A stretch of DNA of 59,842 nucleotides from an uncultured Gammaproteobacteria bacterium. Lineage in GTDB: Bacteria; Patescibacteriota; Microgenomatia; UBA8517. The translations under genes and the position numbers were made by a program. This document shows, in pieces, positions 26,994 through 35,174 of the stretch. Below the pieces are notes generated by a model, which had not been told where the DNA came from, did no database searches, and saw only the letters and a program-made list of their open reading frames with translations. Location of the stretch: NCBI GenBank assembly GCA_964541395.1, contig CAZIPM010000003.1, positions 24,655 to 84,496 of the forward strand. Reading direction: 5' to 3'. Each line of letters begins with the position of its first letter. Positions within the stretch are counted from its first letter, which is position 1.

Positions 26994-28242
26994 CCAAGTC
27001 TTTTAATTGATAGAATGGAGCAAAAATTATTTTCGTATTTTCTATTTGGTCCTCTTGTCTTTTTCCTAAGTTGATAATATAACCAACTTTGGGACTATAC
27101 TTTGCAATAAAATTACGATAGGATCTTCCAACCTCAGGCTTATTTAGGTTTTTATGTTTTGCTTCAATTGGGATTATATCCAGGCCGATTTCCGAAACAA
27201 AATCAACTTCGGCATTGTCTTTTGTCCGCCAGAAATGAACATGGGCTGATGAATGCAAATATTTTTCAAGAAGCATGTTGTAGACTATATTTTCAAACAA
27301 GTGACCACTTAACGGTATAGGGATCTCGGATAATCCAAAAAGTTCAAGTAGCCAATTACGGAAACCTTGATCAACAAAATAAAAGATTGGAGCTTTAGTT
27401 ATCTCCTTCCTGGTGTTTCTATAAAAAGGAGTTACTTTTCTTACTATGTACGTCTCTTCCAAATACCATATGTATTTTTTTACCGTGCGCTCGTCCAATT
27501 CCAAAGTCGTCGACAGTTCAGAAAAATTTACAATACAACCAATTTGAGACGCTAGAATTTTAAGCAGTTTGTAAAAAGCCTCACTTTTTTCCAAATGTAA
27601 GATATTTTTTATGTCTCTTTCAATATAACTTTCAAATATGTCTTCCATCTCGTTTATTTTTTGCTCTATATCGTCTGCAAGTACCACTTTAGGATAGCCT
27701 CCATAAACCATGTATTCTGAAAAATACCTGACTACTTCATCCGTCTCGACTGAGAAATATTTATCCAGTCTGTCTTCAAATTGATACTTTGTTTTGAAAT
27801 TGATAAATTCCCTGAAAGTAATGGGGTTCAATTTGAACATCTGCTTTCTACCTGCCATTGATTCAGAGATATCTGCTTTTAATTCCATACTTCCTGAACC
27901 TGAAATAATAAATTTATAAGGTAAATTCATATCATATATGCCTTTTAAAAAAAGGCCAGCATTCTTTTTCCTTTGAATCTCATCAATAAATACATATCCT
28001 TTTTTATTCCCCAACTTGAGTTCGATATGTGTGACCAGATTGCCCTGTGAAGAAAATATTTTAGAATTTTTTTCTATATCTAAATTAAACCAAACGGTCT
28101 TTTCGCCTTCTGAAACCAATTTATCTCTTAAAACCTGCATCAAAAAGGTCTTTCCCACCTGGCGGGGGCCTGTGATTATGGTCATTTGGTCAGACAGTAA
28201 ATGCTTAGAAATATCTTTCAATATATCTCTTTTTATAATCAT
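26983..28242 (-). CDS. AAA+ ATPase with C-terminal DUF4143/PD-(D/E)xK-like region (COG1373 type)
   Basis: 419 aa. Walker A ITGPRQVGKTF, Walker B VFIDEIQ, C-terminal AEVDFVSEIGLDIIPIEAKH. Confidence 0.85.
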   Translation of the reverse strand: MIIKRDILKDISKHLLSDQMTIITGPRQVGKTFLMQVLRDKLVSEGEKTVWFNLDIEKNSKIFSSQGNLVTHIELKLGNKKGYVFIDEIQRKKNAGLFLKGIYDMNLPYKFIISGSGSMELKADISESMAGRKQMFKLNPITFREFINFKTKYQFEDRLDKYFSVETDEVVRYFSEYMVYGGYPKVVLADDIEQKINEMEDIFESYIERDIKNILHLEKSEAFYKLLKILASQIGCIVNFSELSTTLELDERTVKKYIWYLEETYIVRKVTPFYRNTRKEITKAPIFYFVDQGFRNWLLELFGLSEIPIPLSGHLFENIVYNMLLEKYLHSSAHVHFWRTKDNAEVDFVSEIGLDIIPIEAKHKNLNKPEVGRSYRNFIAKYSPKVGYIINLGKRQEDQIENTKIIFAPFYQLKDLDEK

Positions 28243-28248
28243 ATTGCA

Positions 28249-28276
28249 ATTATAGTACGATTATTGTCGTAGTCAA
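28249..28276 (-). promoter_or_regulatory. Sigma70-like promoter giving a leaderless mRNA for the 26983..28242 ATPase
   Basis: Minus strand: TTGACT (28271-28276), 16-nt spacer, TATAAT (28249-28254), 6 nt, ATG (28242). Confidence 0.55.
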
Positions 28277-28317
28277 GTACTACTTTTCTCGTACCATAAC
28301 TACATTATACAACAATT

Positions 28318-28884
28318 TTACATCTCCCTTTTCAAGGGCTTGAGGGAAATATTAAACGAATACCACCAAAATAAAAACAACCAAATAATAGTTACCAGTA
28401 TGGCAATATAATTATGGAAGGTCATGGCGACAGTGCTGTTGTAGTGGTAATACAAATAAAAAATTGCGGTCAAGCGGAAGATATTGATCCAAAATGTCCC
28501 CAAGATACCCACGGTAAAAGTTTCAATTTTACTTTTCGTGGTGTAACTGCCGTTAAGACCGCTGTACATACTTGCCAAAATTAAAACCATGGATTGCCAG
28601 CCGATACAGCCGAAGGAAACATAAATGGGATCCAAACCTCCTGTTTTACCCACCAAAGTTACCATATAAGAACCCAGTTGTTGGTTAACGGTAGGAACAG
28701 AGAGGAATTTTAATAAGGTCCTGACCAAAGATATTTCGTAGGGAACAATAATATCCTGAATGGGTTTTAAAAAAATCAGCGGCTCAATTACTCTTACAAG
28801 AAGTTCATTTAAGGTACCAATAAAAGGAAAAAGCATTAAGATCACTACAAAGAATAAAAATATGTTTTTGCCGCCTTTTTTCAT
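28318..28884 (-). CDS. Minimal exosortase/archaeosortase-family protein (putative transpeptidase for giant 1)
   Basis: 188 aa with about 5 TM segments. FGCIGWQS fits the CxGxxS catalytic-Cys motif. WINIFRL fits the NxxR motif. FHNY supplies the conserved His. Cys-to-Arg spacing is about 45 aa. Its ATG overlaps the giant gene's TGA as ATGA (28881-28884). Confidence 0.65.
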   Translation of the reverse strand: MKKGGKNIFLFFVVILMLFPFIGTLNELLVRVIEPLIFLKPIQDIIVPYEISLVRTLLKFLSVPTVNQQLGSYMVTLVGKTGGLDPIYVSFGCIGWQSMVLILASMYSGLNGSYTTKSKIETFTVGILGTFWINIFRLTAIFYLYYHYNSTVAMTFHNYIAILVTIIWLFLFWWYSFNISLKPLKREM

Positions 28885-31800
28885 CTTTTTATGGCAATTT
28901 TGCCCTTTCTATATAAAATCCATTTCTTTTTGATTCCGGGTATAATCTTTGGCAAGAATAAAGCAATCGGGAAAAGCCAGATTGACTTTTCAGGGACAAA
29001 AGTAAATGTCATAGAGTCCGTATAAATAATACCCGATAATCCGGAATCGAAGTGCTTATAAACACGTACTGCAACAGTATTAGTACCTAGGTGATTATCT
29101 ACGTCAGTACTTGAATAAAAACAACTTAAATTGCTGGTTTTATTACCAGTTAAGGTAAATTCGACACCAGCTCCGGCAGTTGTATTAGTCCTTGTACCTG
29201 AGTCGAAATCGGACCAACCTGCGCTGCATCCCGAATTATTCCATTGATATATTTGAAGAGTACAAGTATTAGATCCAGTAGTACAAGCTTTATCTGCTTT
29301 ACCATTCCAACTTACTTGAATTTCATCAGAATTATTACTGTTTACCTTTTTAAAGTTAAAGATAGAATATGACTGGGTATTGCTTATACCGGCTCCATTA
29401 GTATAGCTTCCGTTATCTGATTGAGAATTGGAGTAATTACTTTCACTAAAAAAAAATGGTTTATTAGAGTGACCATTCCCATCATACGGTGCAGAGAGAG
29501 TCATTGTTTCATTAGTCGGAAGACTAGCCGACACATCACTATGCCATGTTTCTTTAGTATGCCAGGTATGGGCATAGACAACGATAGTTGGGGTCATAGC
29601 ATTATCAGTACTCATGTAAATCAGGTCCAGCTTGGGTCCGGGTGACGAGGTCGGGGCATTATTTTCTTTTAAGTTGGGATAAATAAAATCATATCCGTAT
29701 GCGGGATACTGGTAATCAAACAACTGATCAGCCGAATCCCAAGTAGAATTATTAATTTTGTATTTCCTGAATATTATTTGTGTCTCTGTCGATTGATCAA
29801 TTGCCCAAACAAAGATATCTCCATTTTGGGCATCGTAAGCAAGGGATGGAGAATTTCCCGTAAGTTGTGGTGTATTTGTAGGTGAAGCTGTCCAAGTATT
29901 ATCATCTGCATTGAGGTAACTTAATCTGATAGTTGGATCTACATCATCATCCCAGCTTACCCAAATCCTTTGATTTGTCCCATCATCGACTGAAAGTGCA
30001 GATAAATTAAGGCTTATAGCATCTATTGTTGTTTCCCTGTTTGTAGTGGTCCAAGCATAATAATTTGCATCATTTACGGTTGACGTCATGCTATACATAT
30101 CTGTTGTACTATTCCATAGAGCAAAGATTACCAATTCATCTGCATTTGTAGCTGTTGATGGCGCTTTAACAATTACAGGGTGAGATGCAGAGTTAGTACC
30201 TGCGACAGGTTGTATATGATCCCCTGTTGCACCACTGGCTACAAAAGTAGTACATGATGATCCAGTAGCACATTTCCAGTTAGTTGCAGTTTGAGGATCT
30301 CCTGTTGCCCTGGAAAATCTAACACCGGCATTTTTAGTTCCTCCTGAAGTTTCAAAACTCCAAGCAACCGCTGGATAATTATTTTTATCAATCACTATTG
30401 ATGGTCTTTTGGCTGAGTTAGAATTATCTAATGCACTTGGACCGCCTTGATTATTCAATACATAATTGTTTGGATTATTGTTTCCAATTGTCCATTCTAA
30501 ACTGAATAGAGAGTAGCCATTAGTGTAATCACTTCCGGAAGGCTGTCTGGTTTCTATTTGAATATCTTTAGAACTGGTAGCACATGAGGTTGTACAATAC
30601 ATATCGATGAAATATGTTGTTCCCGAAGTTAAATTGACAGTTCCGATATTGCACCCGTTATATGCTCCTGCTGTTAATGATGAAGTAGAGCAAGAAGCAA
30701 GAGTTGAAGTCATGTCAGGTTCTCGACCATTGTTTTTTGAATTTCTCAACTCCAAATTAAGTGTTGGTGTACCAGTTTTGGCACTGACATACACCTGTAG
30801 ATCGGTAATTGATATGTTACCAGACGGAATAAATGATTGGGTCATGATTCTTGCAGACCCTGCAGCGCTATTATCAAGATACGCTGTCTGTCCACCTATA
30901 TCAGTTTGAGATTGATCAACTGTTGCACATGAGTCATTATTTCTGCATACCTTGAACGCAATATCCCCACCCATGGGCGTGTATATTACATTAGGATTGG
31001 AGTTTTCAGTAACCCTATGCAATTCATTATTCATAGTTGCAAGGGCAACGTTATTTGCACTTACGTTTGCATCCTGATAAATTACCCAAGTAATTCCATC
31101 ATCAAAAGACAATGCATATGCAGGACGCAAAATACCTGCTGAATTATAACTATAAAACGCTGCGAGGGTACCGTTAGCCATCCTGACCAAATGCCTTTGA
31201 CTTCCATAAGCTGTAGCATTTACACCGGCAGTGTTATCAATTACTGTAGGGTCAATTTTGATAGGGTAGACGGCAAAATTTAGATAATTTTGATCTAATA
31301 TTAAGGATATTGTTCCACTCCTATCATAATAACTATTAGGTTCCTTGCAATCTGAATCTTTGGCTTTGCAATATGTTGGAACTAAAGTTGTTGGAGTTAA
31401 TGATTTAGAAATTTCATATTTAATACTCCCCTCCACCCCATTGTTATCAATGATGTTTGGTACATCAAGTTTATAAACCTCTCTGCCATTTGGATCACCA
31501 TATCCATCATCTCCAATAAAAGCAATTGATCCATCATCATTTGTTTCCGGAATCATTGAATAATTAGTTAATGTGAAATCAATTATATTAGTCACTGGTT
31601 TTGATTTTAGAATATAGTCAGCCTTAACCCTGTCCGTCCAAATCTCGTAAACAGTTTTAATGTTTGCCGTATCGAAAATTACTTTATTACCATCCAAGAC
31701 AACATTTGTGGTTGCCGATCCCTTCATTTTCATTTCCATGTTATAAAGATCATCACCGGTTGTGAATTTGTAACCGATTGAGTTATCAGACTTTTTACCC

Positions 31801-34800
31801 AATAATATCTCTCCTCCACCCTTTGGAAGTTGAACCTCATATTTATATCTTGAGGTAGGGTCATTTGTTTTATCTGCTATGTTAAAAAACGGACTGGGCG
31901 AATTGGTTTTGATGTCAAAGGTTAAGGTTTGAGGATAATCGTTTCCCGGTTTCAGGCTGACCGTTTTATCTGTTAAGAAAAAGTTACCATCTTCTGGTTT
32001 TTGAATGTAAAAAAGTATTTCCTTTTTTGAATTATCAATCACCTGGTATCCTTTGGAATCAGCCTGTCTTATTGAGATACCTTCCGAATAATCAATTCCA
32101 AAATCAAAGTAATTTCCTTCATACTGTTCAAATAGTTTTATTTCCGGATGCAGCTCTGAGGCATTCAAATCAAAGGAGACGGTTCCCTGGGCAATTTCAT
32201 AGAAAACCCCTCTTGTTCCTTCTATCTGCGGAGTTCCCAGACTGTCCTTAAAGGTAAGGTCGAGGTATTTTGCTGATGCTCCTATAATCCTTACTTTGTC
32301 TTTGGCAAACATTACCATGTTGTCACTGTCCAGATAACCTTTAATAACAAATTCACTCCCTTCTTCAATGACTGTTAATTCCGGATCATATTCTTTTTGT
32401 GGAACGCTGTTGGCGGGTGTTTCAGCAGTAAGTTTGGTCGGACCGTTTTCAGTTTCTTGGGCAGCTACAGGTTCTACCACTTTGCTGAACGGTAAGGATA
32501 GATAATTCATGGTGATGGTAAAGACGAGCACCAAGCAAAGCGTGACTTTCGAAAAGATCTGTCTTCTCATCAGTTTTCCAAGATCGGCCTTCCTAAAATG
32601 AAGGGGTTTGTCAAATCTGTTATTGGCAGTGGTCAAAATCAGATAATTCTCTTCCAAAACAGGAGTTCTGCCTGGTAAAATTCCCTGGATAAAACGCATG
32701 AACTTACCCCTGGTAAAGGTATCAGTAATACGTCCCGTCTTGGGTGTTCTAAACCAGCCTCCTTCTTCTTTTTCAAAAAATCCTTTTAAAGCCGCATAAG
32801 CTTGGAAAGGAACAACTATGTATGACAGAGCTATAAATGATGGAATTCCCGAATAATCCTTCTGTTCCGACTCTTCCAGGAACAACCCGACCGCGTTGAG
32901 CAGAGGCAGGGAAATCATATTGGTTAAAACCAAACTCCATCCCCAAAGCTCGGTCCAGAAAGGCAGTTTTACCCGAAGGACCGTTTCGGAGATCAGCCAG
33001 CAAATGGTGCCGATCAGAAAAAAGAATGCCTGCAGGTAGTAAGGTGACAGATAAAGAAATTCAAATTTTTCTGCACCGGTCAGGTTCGGGTTGGTCATCA
33101 GTTTCTTAAACATCTTTTTGATGTTGAAGGAATGCCCTTCCGCCCAGCGCATTCTTTGTCTGACCATTCTTTTGATGGTGGAAACACATTCTGCCGGGGC
33201 CTGGATGTAAGGAGTGTAGGCAACTTTGTAACCTGCATCATATAACTTCAAAGTCAGCTCAAAATCCTCGGTAATCGAAGTTCCCCACCCGATTTGGGAA
33301 AGAACACTTTTCTTGATCATATAAACGGCTCCGGAAATTTGCTTCAAGCCGCCGTAGATTTCTGCGCCTGCCCGTTCAATGACATAACTACCTGAATATT
33401 CCGACCTGACTCCCCTGGTTATCCAGTTTTCGGATTTATTTAAAACATGCCATTGATAACCCTGAACTGCAGCGACTTTTGAATCTTTTTGTATTTGAAA
33501 ATATTTCAAAAACGAAGTTAAAGTATCGGGGTAGGGCACAAAGTCGGCGTCGAAGATGGATATTCTTTCAGCTTTTGGATTAGTCAGTTTTAAAGCCAGA
33601 GCCAGAGCGCCACCTTTAAATCCCGATCTGGTAGTTCTGTGCAGGTGTTTAAAAAGAACTCCAGGCTTAACTTCTACTTCGGTTAAAGTCCAACCTTCAC
33701 CGTGGGTAATCTTAAGTTGCTCTCCTTTAAACAAATATTTTTTCTGAAATTCGGTAATTTTGGAAGAAGTTTCGTCGGTTGAGTCGTCTGCCAGGATCAC
33801 TTCGTAATTGGAATAATCAAATGATGCCAGAGCTTTTGACAACCTTTCTACAACATTTTTTTCGTTGTAGAGTCCCACATGCACCGAAACGAAAGGTTTG
33901 TCTTTTAGGGTTACTGCATCAAGGTTAGCCTCTAATCCCAAGGCTTTTGTATTTGATGTATCTTTGTTGCCCAGTATCCAACTTAAAAGACCGGTCTTTT
34001 TCATTGAACCCAAGTTGGCTAGACCGCCTCCCTGTTGCGAATAAGAAAGCACAATTGCCAGTGTTAAGTAGTACTTTAATGAGTAGAGGAAGAAAAACAT
34101 CCCCATAGTCAAAGCAATAAGAGCAAAGAAGTAACCGATGCCGGTCACAACGTTTGGAGCCTGGGTTAAAACAGAGGCTAATTTAAATAATCCTAGAAAA
34201 ACGATAAAACTTATTGAAGAAGAGGAAATGAAGTTTTTAAAGACAGAGGGAGGAGGTGCAGCCAACAAGTTAGGAACCAGGCCTTCCCAAACATTTTTGA
34301 TTTTACCGAAGATGTCCGTATATGCAGGTTCTGTTGCTACTTCCGTACCTCTGTTTCTGGAATAAGCCTGCCTGTATTCATATTTATTCAGGTTATAACG
34401 CATCAGAACATTTTGGACTCCGTGGTTTCCCATCCCTAAAGTCTTGGCAATCTTGTGAGCCGAGAGGATAGGTTTTGTTACAATAAGATCTAGTATTTTA
34501 TTAACGCTTTCTTCTTTAACGCCCCGTGGATGTAATGAGCCTGTAGGATGCTGGTCTGAGACAGCAAATAGTAAGTTTTGGCCATGGGTATCGGCAAACT
34601 GGTAGCGTTTTTTCCATTTGACAATAGTTCTGCGACTTAATTTATAAGTTTTAGACAAATCGGTAACTTTTTTTCCTTGTAACACCAATTCTTCAATAAT
34701 TCTCTTTCGTGCTACGGGGGTGAATCTGATTATTTTGGGAAATCCAGAATCCTTAGCCTGATTGCATTTTCTGAAATTGAGGCTGTAGATTTCCCTCTCT

Positions 34801-35129
34801 CTGGTTGATGCCATGTTGAGTTTTTTTAGTGCCTGCCAAACACTTCTGACACTTAATTTATAACCTTCCAGAGACAATTTCCTGCTGATTCTGGCCGGTC
34901 CGAAAGCAGGGTTGGCGATTATTATTCTAATAATTTCCTTTTCAATGTCTATAGCTTTATATATAGTAGGTTTATTTATATAATCTTCCAACCAACTATA
35001 GATAGTCTTTCTGGTAACTCCGAGTAGTCTGCCTGCTTCTACCTTATTAATACGGCCTTCGGAACACTTTTTAAGCACCTTGTTCAGGAATTTCTGATTA
35101 AGCGGGTCTTTCACAGGTACCTTGTACAT
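28881..35129 (-). CDS. Giant 1: fusion of HTH(x4)-TM-processive GT2 synthase-TM-ectodomain (about 1,160 aa)-VPE-type C-terminal sorting signal
   Basis: **Start.** The track ORF 28881..35291 starts at TTG. ATGs lie at 35159 and 35129. I chose 35129 because it aligns with the paralog N-termini and sits 39 nt from a TTGACA box, versus 38 and 37 nt in the paralogs.

**Domains (track numbering).**
- HTHs at 80-305: GVTRKTIYSWLEDY, LSRRTIVKWKKRY, HGVQNVLMRYNL.
- TM segments at 355-418.
- GT2 at 465-720: ADDSTDE, IFDADF, SITEDFE, RQRMRWAEGH.
- TM segments at 745-840 and 912-935.
- Ectodomain with the Asp-box SFDDGITW.
- C-terminus FVPEKS-IWLFPIALFLPKIIPGI-KKKWILYRKGKIAIKR. Confidence 0.85.
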   Translation of the reverse strand: MYKVPVKDPLNQKFLNKVLKKCSEGRINKVEAGRLLGVTRKTIYSWLEDYINKPTIYKAIDIEKEIIRIIIANPAFGPARISRKLSLEGYKLSVRSVWQALKKLNMASTREREIYSLNFRKCNQAKDSGFPKIIRFTPVARKRIIEELVLQGKKVTDLSKTYKLSRRTIVKWKKRYQFADTHGQNLLFAVSDQHPTGSLHPRGVKEESVNKILDLIVTKPILSAHKIAKTLGMGNHGVQNVLMRYNLNKYEYRQAYSRNRGTEVATEPAYTDIFGKIKNVWEGLVPNLLAAPPPSVFKNFISSSSISFIVFLGLFKLASVLTQAPNVVTGIGYFFALIALTMGMFFFLYSLKYYLTLAIVLSYSQQGGGLANLGSMKKTGLLSWILGNKDTSNTKALGLEANLDAVTLKDKPFVSVHVGLYNEKNVVERLSKALASFDYSNYEVILADDSTDETSSKITEFQKKYLFKGEQLKITHGEGWTLTEVEVKPGVLFKHLHRTTRSGFKGGALALALKLTNPKAERISIFDADFVPYPDTLTSFLKYFQIQKDSKVAAVQGYQWHVLNKSENWITRGVRSEYSGSYVIERAGAEIYGGLKQISGAVYMIKKSVLSQIGWGTSITEDFELTLKLYDAGYKVAYTPYIQAPAECVSTIKRMVRQRMRWAEGHSFNIKKMFKKLMTNPNLTGAEKFEFLYLSPYYLQAFFFLIGTICWLISETVLRVKLPFWTELWGWSLVLTNMISLPLLNAVGLFLEESEQKDYSGIPSFIALSYIVVPFQAYAALKGFFEKEEGGWFRTPKTGRITDTFTRGKFMRFIQGILPGRTPVLEENYLILTTANNRFDKPLHFRKADLGKLMRRQIFSKVTLCLVLVFTITMNYLSLPFSKVVEPVAAQETENGPTKLTAETPANSVPQKEYDPELTVIEEGSEFVIKGYLDSDNMVMFAKDKVRIIGASAKYLDLTFKDSLGTPQIEGTRGVFYEIAQGTVSFDLNASELHPEIKLFEQYEGNYFDFGIDYSEGISIRQADSKGYQVIDNSKKEILFYIQKPEDGNFFLTDKTVSLKPGNDYPQTLTFDIKTNSPSPFFNIADKTNDPTSRYKYEVQLPKGGGEILLGKKSDNSIGYKFTTGDDLYNMEMKMKGSATTNVVLDGNKVIFDTANIKTVYEIWTDRVKADYILKSKPVTNIIDFTLTNYSMIPETNDDGSIAFIGDDGYGDPNGREVYKLDVPNIIDNNGVEGSIKYEISKSLTPTTLVPTYCKAKDSDCKEPNSYYDRSGTISLILDQNYLNFAVYPIKIDPTVIDNTAGVNATAYGSQRHLVRMANGTLAAFYSYNSAGILRPAYALSFDDGITWVIYQDANVSANNVALATMNNELHRVTENSNPNVIYTPMGGDIAFKVCRNNDSCATVDQSQTDIGGQTAYLDNSAAGSARIMTQSFIPSGNISITDLQVYVSAKTGTPTLNLELRNSKNNGREPDMTSTLASCSTSSLTAGAYNGCNIGTVNLTSGTTYFIDMYCTTSCATSSKDIQIETRQPSGSDYTNGYSLFSLEWTIGNNNPNNYVLNNQGGPSALDNSNSAKRPSIVIDKNNYPAVAWSFETSGGTKNAGVRFSRATGDPQTATNWKCATGSSCTTFVASGATGDHIQPVAGTNSASHPVIVKAPSTATNADELVIFALWNSTTDMYSMTSTVNDANYYAWTTTNRETTIDAISLNLSALSVDDGTNQRIWVSWDDDVDPTIRLSYLNADDNTWTASPTNTPQLTGNSPSLAYDAQNGDIFVWAIDQSTETQIIFRKYKINNSTWDSADQLFDYQYPAYGYDFIYPNLKENNAPTSSPGPKLDLIYMSTDNAMTPTIVVYAHTWHTKETWHSDVSASLPTNETMTLSAPYDGNGHSNKPFFFSESNYSNSQSDNGSYTNGAGISNTQSYSIFNFKKVNSNNSDEIQVSWNGKADKACTTGSNTCTLQIYQWNNSGCSAGWSDFDSGTRTNTTAGAGVEFTLTGNKTSNLSCFYSSTDVDNHLGTNTVAVRVYKHFDSGLSGIIYTDSMTFTFVPEKSIWLFPIALFLPKIIPGIKKKWILYRKGKIAIKR
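28884..28997 (-). other. C-terminal tripartite sorting signal of giant 1 (VPEKS motif, hydrophobic helix, K/R-rich tail)
   Basis: VPEKS IWLFPIALFLPKIIPGI KKKWILYRKGKIAIKR, read from the translation. The V codon is at 28995-28997. Confidence 0.6.
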
Positions 35130-35144
35130 TTTAGCCTTGTTATC

Positions 35145-35174
35145 ATTGTTACTTTTCATGGGTACTGTTGTCAA
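35145..35174 (-). promoter_or_regulatory. Candidate promoter of giant 1
   Basis: Minus strand: TTGACA (35169-35174), 18 nt, AACAAT (35145-35150), 15 nt, ATG (35129). The layout matches the regions upstream of giants 2 and 3. Confidence 0.35.

Noticed and set aside
34362-35129. Possibility that the HTH-rich 5' parts of the giants are separate IS481/IS630-type transposase genes or IS remnants.
   Set aside because: The frame continues without a stop into the TM and GT2 regions in all three paralogs. No DDE (rve) core and no terminal inverted repeats are visible. The arrangement is conserved three times, which argues for a genuine fusion.
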